Source: Balanoglossus misakiensis
Taxonomy: Eukaryota; Animalia; Hemichordata
Reading direction: 5' to 3'
Assembly: GCA_040954595.2 (NCBI GenBank)
Contig: CM082598.2
Coordinates: 1,178,001-1,242,000, forward strand
Length of the DNA: 64,000 nt
Part shown: in pieces, positions 49,031 through 61,200 of the stretch
Numbering within the stretch: the stretch's first letter is position 1
Layout of the letters: the number at the start of each line of letters is the position of its first letter
Made by a program: the position numbers and the translations under genes
Notes under the pieces: model-generated
What the model was told of the DNA's origin: nothing
Databases searched by the model: none
What the model saw: the letters and a program-made list of their open reading frames with translations, nothing else

Positions 49031-50029
49031 GGAGATTGATAGCTTGTACACGGACTGACAGAAATGTGTACTTTATGATGAAGACAAGTGAATGCAGGGG
49101 CGAATAACAGAAATCTGTGCCCTGACAGACGTCTGCAAAAATGTGCTTTATTGATTCTGATCTTCAGTCGGATGTGCTCTGCGTTACATTTTATACGAAA
49201 CATCAGCCTTCTTGTGATATGTGGTCATTGTGCCTTGTCTGTCAAAAACATCGGGCAGTCCAGTTAATGTACATATACGCACAAACTGCCCCTATTCTCA
49301 GCAAATGTAAAATTCCTGCAGAAAGTGACTTTGGTTTCTTCTGCCACCATGAAAGTTTTGATAGTTGTGTACAGCTGAAGTTTAGTTCATTCTAATAAAT
49401 ACAAAGTGTTGAGGTGAATTCGTTCATAAAAATTTCCACACACAAAAATTTTCTATCTTGTCTGCGGAAACAGAGAAACTGTAAAATGCTTTCTTGTAAA
49501 TTTTGATATCCATACAGAACACAGTTGTTCTTTCTCTGTTTATTGTATGAAATGTTGCATTCAATGCTTTACTACCGATGTTTACAAAACTTTCTAAAAC
49601 AAGTGATGTGCATTATTTTTGCTGAACAACGAAGTATCTTGTCCCACAGAACAATGTCAGCAGATCATGACTGCATCTTATGAACAGCCAGTGACCAGAG
49701 CAAGCTGGCTGTCTTATCTGTGTTTTACTTCTTACACATCTTCTTCAAGGTTGATTTATTTTATATTAAGGATCAAATTTCAACCACTTTCTGAAATTAT
49801 GAAGTGCCAGTAGAAGAAAGGATACCGTTTTGTCCGTTTTGTCATAATGGCAATAATTTTGCAGGACTGTGATATTACAGGAAAGGAACATTTTTCGTCT
49901 GATTTCTGGTTGTATATGTGAGCTGTATATATTGTGGTTTTCAGACCCGAAATTTTTTTTAATGACAAATAAAGAGAAACAAAGGTGCACTAGTAGCAGA
50001 TTTTCTGTTGTTTTCATTGAGATCTTTTA

Positions 50030-50113
50030 CCCTTTCACCCCTATTACCCTTTTAGAAGTCCAACATACCATAGAAAACAATGGATTTAGACCAAACCATG
50101 GTGCTAAAAGGGT
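50030..50113. mobile_element. piggyBac-like MITE copy
   Basis: CCCTTTCACCCC...AGAAAACAATGGATTT...AACCATGGTG...AAAGGG. Confidence 0.7.
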
Positions 50114-50355
50114 GGGGGTTGTCCCATCTGCCTCTGCAGTATGCATCACATACGACAAAGTTCCTAGCAAGTTAAACTGTACGTCATACTGTTCAGCATA
50201 AAAAATGACAATAAATGCATTTATTATTGGATATCTTTATTCTTTGGGGTATGTATAGAGAAAAAAAAGCAATTCTACTGAGAGTAAAGTTGCTAAAATG
50301 TCATGCAAATGTCCATCATCTTCTCTTCACTGTTTTCCTATGTTGGTCGCTCCTT

Positions 50356-51190
50356 TCAATATGTCCCTTTATGATTTTCCTCTAAAGGTGCAGCTGTTGC
50401 GTCAACTGGAATGGAAAATACATGGCCAATTATTGAGGAGTAAAGCTAGCCATTTCAATAGAAGTGAAGTTGCTCCAAATTACAAGAACAATTACACTTA
50501 TGAAAACACATACCAGCATAGACAGGGTTCGGTTTAGACAGGTTTGACTGCAAATATACATTTCCCTTACCTTTCTTGCAGTATACATCAAACACTTTAC
50601 TGGGATCCTTGATCCCTTTATCTATGACACCCACAGTGCTTCCGCAATTGGGTTTGGAAATCTGCATGGAATATCCGGCCCGTTCGCCCTCTAACCATCC
50701 GATACGACACAGATGCAAACCTTCCTCCCATGCCACCTGTAAGTCCTCAATTGTTGCAATGCGGTCACCTTTACGAGAACACGCCCGTACTGCATCCCTG
50801 TAGGTCAAGGTGTATCTTCCATTCGGACCTTCAAAATGATAAACAGATAGCTCTGGAAAGAAAGAAAGACAATTGATTGTTAGTACATCGCTATGGCTAC
50901 TCGAACACTGATCAACGGGTACTTTGACATTTTAGTATTCAATGTCAGGCAGATGAAACATGACCTTTCCAGTTTAGACTAGTACCTAACTTCTTTTTAC
51001 TACAACAGAACTTTGAATGTAAAATCAGTAAACATTTATGGCACCATAGACAGTAGATGATGGCACACACAGATGCTGACAGGCACACAGAACAACATTA
51101 GCTCAAGAGGGTGAACATGCGAGCTACAAACTTACCAGCTTGACAAATAGTCAACACGGCAAATACGCCGACAATCAATAAACATTTCAT
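50356..51190 (-). CDS. Secreted single Link-module (Xlink) protein, ~120 aa
   Basis: Exons 51190-51136 (MKCLLIVGVFAVLTICQA signal peptide), 50852-50571 (VYHFEGPNGRYTLTYRDAVRACSRKGDRIATIEDLQVAWEEGLHLCRIGWLEGERAGYSMQISKPNCG...FDVYC, four Link cysteines) and 50381-50356 total 363 nt in frame. TATA/CCAAT-like sites at about 51250-51310. Confidence 0.85.
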
Positions 51191-52192
51191 GGTTTTACAA
51201 GGGCTTGTTTCCAACACAGCACAAAGTGAAATACCCCTAGTACTAGATTGTATTTATAATCGACTCCATCCAATCAGTTTAAAAAAAAATATGTGGCTGT
51301 TATTGATTGGCTGTGGTAAGGCACCATAGGTTCCTTTATAAAATTGTTCTTTTTCAGAAATTTTTTTTTCCGGTGTTTTATGTATTTTTAGACTTTTTCA
51401 CTTTTCTGTACAGAACTTCTCTGTGCAGGGATAATACAAACATAGATTTATCTGTGTGTGTGAGTAATACTGGGTGTTTATTTTGTGCATTCACCCCATT
51501 TTGTAGAAAGTACACGCCCGTAATTTATTTTTATATTAGACAATCTTAAAATTGTCATTTATAAACACAATCTTTTGTTACTGCCATATGCTGAAAACCA
51601 GTTATCCATAAATATCCATAAATATATAAAATAAAAGTTTATAATGTTCTATATTTACGTGTAACAGAATACCCAGCTTTTTCTCTATTCATTAACATTA
51701 GGACATTTTGAACATTAGTCAGACAAAATGCTGGACAAATGGAGTCCATTGGAAACACCACAATTATAAAATAAGACCATTGCTCTGTGTAATATTAATG
51801 AAACAATTTTAATATTTCTCAAAAAGCAAAAGCAGTATTCACTGTGCAGCTGCAGGAAAACTAAACAAATAACAATATGTTTATAACCATCACAAATTAC
51901 TCAGTGCATACATTTACAAATAGATGCAGTATATCACCTCCAGTACAAAAATACTTTTATAGGAGTTGTGTATAAATATCTGCTGATGAAACTTTATCAT
52001 TTCTATCATTGAAACAGAAATTTTGGTCAAAGAAAGTATCTTCTGCAATAAATTTTGGATAAATTTGTTTTAAAAAAGTTCCTCGGAAAGATCTGAATGT
52101 TCTCCAGATGATTTAAAATGAAAGGACATTTTATAAATATTTAATATTTCATGAAATTTGTGAGTCTGGTGGGAGTCTGGTGACACTGTTAA

Positions 52193-52276
52193 TCCTTACA
52201 CCCCCATTTCCCTCTTTAGAGGTCCAATTTTACCACAGAAAACAATGGATTTGGACCAAACCATGCTGGTGAAGGG
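52193..52276. mobile_element. piggyBac-like MITE copy
   Basis: TTAA-TCCTTACACCCC...GGTGAAGGG. Confidence 0.7.
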
Positions 52277-53109
52277 TAGAGGGGAAGTAAGAAAGGGAGA
52301 TGTGACTGTGATAAAAGCAACAACTGACTGTTTGGACATAATCAATTATATATGGTACTTTGGACAGACTGCCCTCCTTTGAATTTTAAAATTAAGTAAA
52401 ACTAAATACACTGATTACAGTTGTCAAAACATGAAATAAACATTTATCGAGATTGTGATTGTTCAAGTAGTATTCAGTTCATTATATCTTCAAGCTAGTT
52501 TTCTTTCCAGTATATATTATAAATAAATTATAATGATCTGTAGACTGTTGTGATAAAAATGTGTATGAAGTCACATCAGATATAAACGCAGTAAATGTTT
52601 TAAGACTGTACTTAGCCAGGCAATACCTTATCAAAAATCTCAGTCTTCAAGTGTTCTGAGCACATAAACTGAACCATGATTTACTCATGATTTCATGTGA
52701 TATGATTCATGGTACATCGTCAAATTTTGAGACTTCATGTGGTCAAATCCGTACAATTCCAGTACCTCTTGAGTTAAAGTTTGCAACTTCAAAAAAGAGT
52801 ATTGCTTTAGTTTTCCAGTTTCTGAATACATGTACAGAATATGATGAGGTGTTTCACTGCCACATTAAAAAAATCCTACTCCGGATTTTTGCAAAACTTT
52901 CGTGATACAGAAAAACAAAGCCTTGCCCCTGTCTTCTGAAAGCAAAACCTCTTCATTAATTAATTGAATACTTGATCAATAAAGACACCAGTCCTGAATG
53001 ACTCCACTGCACAATTCATTGACTTTCAGAAACATATTATGGTAAAAACACAGCCTCTCAATGTCATGAGTTATATGCCTTGATCTGTATACAGTGCAAG
53101 GTGTTGATT

Positions 53110-54618
53110 CTAGTTTCTCCAAATATTAAAGGACGGATTGCTGGTTGTTGATCTGGACTCCAAACCTTCTCCATGCAGAGCAAGCACATCTCCTGTAGCA
53201 GCTGCATAGTCCTGACAGAGAGAAAAAAAAAATTTGTTAAAAGCCGACGATCGTCTTATGTGTATGTGCGTAATTTTGTGTGTACAAACATTACGTCCAA
53301 TCCCAATGTTCTGCAAATTTTATGTTCGATGCATTCAAATAGTAGACTGCCTTCACTTCCTTCCATATTTCATGCACACTGTGTAAGTAGACTGTATTGA
53401 CATGAAATCTTACTCTTTGTTGATTGTTAGTATTCCTGATGTCGCCACGTAGAGGCTGTGATTTCATTACATAGGCAGAACCTGGTCGGGAATAAAAAGC
53501 ATAATCGGATTTCGGCATGGCAGGATCATCTTGCACCTGTTAGAAGAATGAACACAGATTGTATTTATTAAGAATATCACACGAAAGATTACAAGGTGCA
53601 TGTACCAGCTGTGTTAACCACGTCAGATTGAATAAGTTAGGAAAGAAACAACTCACCTTTTTAATAATATCTAATCTAATGAGTTCTGGTTTTGGTGTTC
53701 TTCTGCAGCCAGCTGCAGCAAAGAACGGCCAAATAGCATCCATGGCTGATGCAAAGTCTGAAGCCGTCCTGAAACAAGAAGAGAAACGCATTTGTCTATC
53801 ATTCAATGTGCACATCCCTTTAACAGTCAAATGTGGTCATCTCCCAAATGATCATTAAACTTTAAAGGTCCACAATCATCAACGTTAGACTATTTTTTTT
53901 CAGTATTTTTATTGTGACATTTGAAGAGTTGTGTACTTTTGTATTTTGGGGAAATTTTCCCAATGCAACTCACCTGCCTTTATTGTCTCGGATATTTAAA
54001 TTCGGATTGCAGTCCATTAACTTCATGATGACCTTTCCATGCCCTTGAAAAGCGGCACAGTGCGTGGCTGTCCACCCAGTGCCACCATTGCATCTGTTGA
54101 TATCAGCACTGATTGAAGAGGAAATCATATTTGGATGAGTTATCCACAGTTAAACATGACAGGTTTCCAGATTAGATAGGGTTTAGTTTAGATCAGTTTT
54201 ATAATAATAAATGCAAGACATTCTGACATTCCTATTTTTTTGCCTTACCCATGTTTCAATAAATATTCCACTATATCACTGTATCCCCAGAATGACGCAA
54301 TACACAAAGGTACAAATCCTTCCTGTGAACGTTGATTGACATCTCTTCCTTCATAAATGAGAGCTCTCACAGACTGCAAAGAAAGCATGTGAGAATGAAA
54401 TAAAGCGCATCGTTTACTGTTACCATGGTACTAGCAACAACTACTGTCCCTCGTACAATTAATGGGTTTTCAGCAATCTTAAGATGTTAAATAGATGCTT
54501 TGATTTAATCTTATCACATAATTTCAGATCGCATAATTTCAAGGAATGGGATATGACAAATACTTACAATAATATCTCCGTTGGCGGCTGCTGCAGCAAG
54601 ATCCATGGGGGCAGCCAT
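53110..54618 (-). CDS. Small ankyrin-repeat protein
   Basis: Six exons: MAAPMDLAAAAANGDII | SVRALIYEGRDVNQRSQEGFVPLCIASFWGYSDIVEYLLKHG | ADINRCNGGTGWTATHCAAFQGHGKVIMKLMDCNPNLNIRDNKG | RTASDFASAMDAIWPFFAAAGCRRTPKPELIRLDIIKK | VQDDPAMP...YSRPGSAYV... | DYAAATGDVLA...WRN*. Confidence 0.85.
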
Positions 54619-55214
54619 TTTGGGTGACGTCATTGTGCGCAAATGCTATGCTCAACAGTTGATTTTTCAACTTTGTGGCTTGGACTCCGGAAGTGGACAC
54701 ATTTTGTCGGCAGCTGTCGAATTTTAATGGTAAATTCTGTAAACAGCTCATTATTTATAACCTCGTAAACAGGTGTCTGTGTCACATACTTGCCAGGTGC
54801 ATTTTAACGCGTACGTGTATTGAGTTGACACCAATTATTGATTTTCCTAATTATCACCCGTCAGCGACATTCATATGTAAATTATACCACATGGCAGGAG
54901 GCTTGGGCTATTCTTTCGGGAATCTGTTAAAACGGCGAGACAGTCTGAGTGGTTGATAGTGTGAAAACCTGTTTACACCTATTGTTTACTGCTTAAAGCG
55001 TCTGGCAGGTTTCAGACCCTATCTTATTGTGAAATTAATCTGGAAAATATGTCAGTAATGGACAATAGGCATGTCTGGATGAAATGTTACAACTATATGA
55101 ATTTACACATGACATTTGCCAGCTGTCTCTACACACTGCCAGATTCTCATGAACTTTTTCTGAATTAAGTCGGGATCATTGGTGGCCAATGTCAAGTACC
55201 ACCAAACTGTTGCC
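54619..55214. promoter_or_regulatory. Divergent promoter, ankyrin gene/TMTC1
   Basis: Full CRE TGACGTCA at 54625-54632, ETS CCGGAAGT at 54687-54694, start codons about 600 bp apart. Confidence 0.6.
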
Positions 55215-58200
55215 ATGGCAATCAAACGAAAGGCAAAGGCACCATCTGCATCATTTGAACATCAATCGACACAATTAAACAACAATTGGAATTCTGCAAA
55301 TCCTGACATTTCACTGCCAAAGAAGGAACCGCCACAACTTGCCAACGGTCCAGGAATTGCAATCCCAAGTTTTTCATCATGGACATATCATGGAATCATT
55401 GCCGCTGTCTGCATCATTTGTTACTGGAACGGTCTCCATGGCGACTTCGTTCATGATGATGTATTGGCACTTAAAGATAACAAAGATATCCGACCCACTA
55501 CTCCATTGTCAGACGTTTTTCTCAATGATTTCTGGGGAAAAAGAATGTCTGATAACACAAGCCACAAATCGTATCGACCGTTGAGTGTATTGACTTTTCG
55601 GTAAGTCTGCATTTTGCTGAGAGAACTGTACACATATATATTTGTACAATAATTACATTTAAATGTTTTTGTCATTTATGCCAAACACCACATGTTAAGA
55701 GAACCTCTATAAACCAGACCCCTCTGCAAACCGAACATTATTCTCGGTCCATTTGGTGTCTGGTTTAGACAGGTTTTGCTGGCTCAATTCTTCATTTAAG
55801 TGAAAAAGCTTAGAATGTTAATTCTATCATTGAAGATTTTCTTCTGGCATTGAATGTCCCACCCTTCCATATTGACTAAGCTGGCTCATTGACTGGCTTT
55901 GTGCGGATTTTTTTACAATAGACCTGTGTCCATTCTATTTAAGCTTTACATTCAGATTACTGACAAATCCCATACAAAGGACTAAGATCTTCAGGGCATT
56001 TACTGTCTTGTTGTAGCTTGACCCTGTTATTTTCAAAAGTGAAAAAGCATTCATTGATGGACAATGACATGCCATGATAGGGTTTAAACCAATTAGGAAA
56101 ACGGGGGTGTTAATGATATGGCAGGATTTTTGGTAGAAAGAGTCAAGGGCTAAAGACTGTGTCGATATAGTATGGATAGAGTTTTTATACACAAATCAAA
56201 TATACTGAAAAAATAGTTGAAAGTAACAGATATTGTTATACTTTTTGAAAATATGGATAAATTGTTAAACTTTGGCATGATTTTAAGTAAAAATATCTAC
56301 TGATCTTTGCTCTAGGTTGAATTATTACTTTGGTGAATTGGATCCTGTTGGTTACCATGGCGTCAACATAGCTTTACATAGTATGGTGTCTGTTCTGTTT
56401 CTACATGTCTGTCATCGATGTGTCTTTCTGGATCTCAAACCAGCGGTGATAGCTGCGTTGATGTTTGCAACACACCCTGTTCACACAGAAGCTGTGAGTT
56501 ACATTTCTATACTTGGCAAAACAATAAACCTTTTTGTGAAGTTAAAGTCTTTCAAAAAAGGCAATGATTCTATGCATTGTGAACCACTCTGTGTAACACT
56601 GCAGGGGTCATTCTTCCAAGATTTGAATTATAAGTCATTTTTAGAATATTATTTTCTGTGATATGCCAACACAACTACTCATTGATTTTGACTATTTGAA
56701 ACAAATATGTATATTTTTGTTACCAAATGATTTATTTATATTTTTACTCTACAAGGTGACTGGCATTGTCGGAAGGGCAGATGTAATGGCTTGTTTTTTA
56801 TTTCTTCTTTCTTTTTTAACATTTTTAAGGTAGGAACAAATCCTAGATGCACTTTTGATTTGCATTATTTGCTTTCCTATTCTTTGATTGCAATAAAATT
56901 AGTGCATATAGTTTGCTTGTTATCACGACTTAGTATGGATAGTTATTTTTAGAAAAAAAATGTGGTAAAGTTATTTTTTATAGGATGATTGATTTGATAT
57001 AAATTTATCTTTTTGTGATTACAGGAGTGTGGATGAACGAGACCCAAAGAAAGATTACTTGAGCACGAAGTCACCATTTTACTTGATGTTGTCTGTTTTT
57101 CTGGGTGCCTGCAATATGTTGATTAAAGAACATGGAATCACAGTACTTGGTGTGTGTATCGTATATGATGTCCTGGTATTAAATAGGAATGGTACTTATA
57201 GGTAAGTTGAGATTATTGTCAATAAGGAACAGTAGAGATGTAGTAGAACCTGATAGGTGTCCCGGCATCCTTCTAAATTTGACCACAAACCCTTTCACCG
57301 CAACTTTGGTTTGGTCCAGTCTATTGTTGTCTATGGTAAAGTTGACCACTACATGGAGAAATAGGGGTGAAAGGGTTAAAATTTTATGTACAGAGAAAAG
57401 TCAATGCACAGTAGGGTCAATGTATCATTATTGCAATCATGTGTACTAGACTGAAGGCCTTCCAATTTCATTGATAGATGCTACACTATTATTTCAAAAT
57501 TTTCAATCTGCAGGTTTTTACAAACAAGAAGACTTGACAAAACATGTTTGCCCTTGGTGAAAAGAATATCTGTCATTCTTATTACGGTAAGTTAATCACA
57601 TGAATTAACCAAACAATTCTTTGGCAGACGGATGGATTCCACTATCATGCTGTCTATCATGTGTATATGAATAGCAAATATTAACAAAAGTTTATTAACA
57701 AATTTCTCATCAATTTTGTCTTTCTTTCCGTAGTTGATTGTCTTATTGGCATTCAGGATCTGGATGTTAAGTGGTCACTTACCAGCATTCTCAGATCAGG
57801 ATAACCCAGCCTCATTTGCACCAAATCTGGGTACAAGGTATGAAATAATATCTCGTGCGTCTAAAACAAAACAACATGATCCACAGGTCAAAACTGAATT
57901 TGATCACTGGTGTTTTAGTGGATAGATCCAAATCACATGTGATACATTGGAAATCACCTTTCAATGGTTGAACCCGTTTCATCATAACTAAAATTGATAC
58001 TTATTGAATGTAACACAAATTTTATACGTACTTGTGCGTTCAACTAACTTGCATGGCGCCCTCTATCACCCATTTCTTTTTTTTTCTTTTTTTTTATTGT
58101 TTTTTTTTTCATTTCACCCATTTCTTTCTCAGATTCGGAACCTACTGTTTTCTCCTCATCTTCAATGCCTGGTTGTTATTAGCTCCCATAGTGCTTTGCT

Positions 58201-61200
58201 ACGATTGGCAGATGGGAAGTATTCCACTGGTAGAGTCGATCACGGATCCTCGTAACCTAGCAACCATTGCATTTGTGGTGGTCATGGCAACAGTCAGTGT
58301 TTACTGTTTGCTGTGTGTCTTTAAAGAAAAGGTATGTGTTACAGAAACATTTTATGTGACTATCTTCATCATTTAAATTGCTAAAATTATAACGAGAAAA
58401 CTTTTGTACTCAAACTTAATAAACTAAAATTCCTTTATACTTGATGCTATATTTTCTTTCCTCTCAGAAATATGATTTACGGGTGATATCGACGGGTCTG
58501 ATGTTTCTGGTGATTCCGTTTCTACCAGCATCTAATCTTTTCATCAGAGTTGGTTTTGTTGTTGCTGAGAGAATACTTTACATACCTAGGTAAGTTAAAC
58601 CCAACTTGTTGGCTTTCTTTTATTCTTTAGTGCGTAAAGCAACAAAGCAAATGTACACCAAGAATAGTTTATATGCCTTATTCGTCATTATAATAAAAAT
58701 AATCTTTGTGTTTTCTCTCTTTTCAGTCTTGGATTCTGCATCTTGATAAGTCATGGTATTAACAATATGTGTAAATCTACAACGAAGAAGGCAGTGTCTG
58801 TTTTCGTGACAATCTTAGCTTTGCTCTTGGTTGTCTTCTTTGCATGGAGGACAGTCATCAGGAACCCTGTTTGGAACACGAGGGAATCACTCTTCAAGTA
58901 AGTCTGTGTGGTTGTTATGTACAGTAAAACTCCAATTATCCGAACTCCAATTATCCGAACTGTTTGGTTATCCGAACTGCTGTCATGTCCCCCAAACAGT
59001 TCTTTTGTATAGGATCGTTATCCGAATAACCGAACTGTCTGCATATCCGAACAAAATCAATGTCCCCCTGTCAGTTCGGATAATTGGAGTTTTACTGTAC
59101 TGTTGTTGTATGCTTGTAGCATAGACTGTGATGAACCAAGAGAAAGGTGACCGCCTGTTGTAATCTAGAACCCATGTTGGCGCTAACACAAACTTGGTGC
59201 ATAGTGTCTTTGAGGTGGAAGGTAATGTGCCCAGGACAATATTCCAACGTGCAGTCAAACATTTGTGTAGCAGCCAGTTAAGGCACCTTCACAAAAACAG
59301 GTTTGACTGTAATTGCTCATTTTGCCCATCCCGTCTTCTGTTTCAGGTCAGGAGTACACACATTACCACATAACGCCAAAGCTCATTATAATTACGCGAA
59401 TTACTTGAAAGACATTGGCCTATCAGACGAGGCTGCCGAACATTACAGGAAAACGTTAGAGTAAGTTTCAGTATTTGATGAAAGTTCAAACAGAAGATGA
59501 TACCAATGGCTTTTTGATGAAATCAGTCATGACAAACTTGGATGGAATAAATATCCAGCTTTGCAGTAATCTTTGATAACATTCTGAAAGTCTTGGATGG
59601 CACTGAAATGTTATTAAAGATTATTATTTCTCTCAGTCGCTTCACAAGTGCAATCAAACTCTGTTTGCCATGTGTGTGATATCAAGTTCCCGTATGTTTT
59701 ACAACTAATTACTTGATGTATAAAATATCCATGTGTGAATTTTTCCAGGTTGTACCCAAGACATGCTAGTGCTACGAATAATCTGGGAACGTTGATGAAA
59801 GAATCTAGCACTGAGTCAGAAGTGTTGTTTAGAAGAGCGATTGAAATCAATCCGTCACATGTTAGGGCATACTTCAATCTTGCCAACCATCTCAAGTGAG
59901 TTCCGCTGTTTGTCTCACTCCCTAGCCCTTTCACCCCCAGTTCTCTCTTTAGAGGTCCAACCTTACCATAGAAAACAATGGGTTTGGACTGAACCATGGT
60001 GGTGAAAGGGTTAAGCCTCATGGCTTCATTTGGCTACCATGTCCACTAGTGAGGGGAAAAGCAGTGGGTGGCTGATAATCGCAATCTCATATGGCACCAG
60101 TTCTCTCTTGAGCCAGCACAAATATTTCCAAGTTGTGTGTATTTTCAGTGATGTCACTCATAAATTTAGAGAAGACCGACTTCAAACAGTATGCAAAATC
60201 AGTCCGAAAGACTAAGCGAGATTTTATATTCAAAGATTCACTCACTTTTGCATCTTGCGTTGACTAACACAGACTTTTTTATTTACACAATCTACAGTAA
60301 TTTTCCCGGTCGACAAGACGAAGCCATCTCATTATTGGTCGAGGCTATTAACATCGACGACAAGTATGCTGATGCCTACACCAGTCTCGCTGGAATCATG
60401 TTAGACAGTGGACAATTCACAGATGCCGAGACACTCTATCAGAAAGTCATCACACTGACACCAAATGATCCCAATGCTTATAATAACTACGGAGCGTTAT
60501 TTGTCAGAACAGGTAAATTCACTGATGTGACCCTTTTCATTCTGACCCCTCCCCACTCCAACACCCCATTATCACCTCCACCCCCTCACCACTACCCCAC
60601 CCCCTCCTCACTCCACCAACCCAACCCACCCTCACCCCAAAGACTTATAACATACAAATATCTTCTTCCTGGCTGGTCTCAAAGGCATAATGTTAAGAGG
60701 GAGTCACTATAATATATCATACAATTCTTGTGATACAAATATAAAACTTTCTGAGAAATATGCATGTACTCCAAAGTTATCTTCATTGATCCATATCCAA
60801 ACATGATAATTAGCTTTTTATACAACGACAGTATTTGTACTCCACATTGATATCGTTTCTCTCTTTGTCAGAGCAACAAGAGAAGGCTGTTGAACAGTAT
60901 CTGAAGTGTCTTGACTTGGATCCAAAACACACTGTTGCGTTGGTGAATATTGCAAGGTTGTACAGAAAAATGGGAAAAACACAGAAAGCTGAAGATATGT
61001 ACTCCAGGTAAATATGTTTGTTGAGTCAGTAGCAAATTAAATTGGTGCAGAGGGCTTTCCTTAAAGGGACAAAGTCTCTCTCTCGCTGCCCTTTTTTCCA
61101 GTAATTATGTTTGATACAAGCCACTGTTTATGTTAAAGTACATGTGGATATATAGTGAATCAATGATCAACCACACACAACTTCCATCCCACTTGTATGA

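Noticed and set aside
58922-59097. Iterated TATCCGAAC units resembling a CRISPR-like array
   Set aside because: The units are short and irregularly spaced and lie inside TIRs with a TA duplication; it is a MITE in eukaryotic DNA and no cas genes are present.
60512-60712. Pro/His-rich extension of the 173-aa ORF
   Set aside because: Read-through past the GT donor at about 60513 into a C-rich TMTC1 intron.
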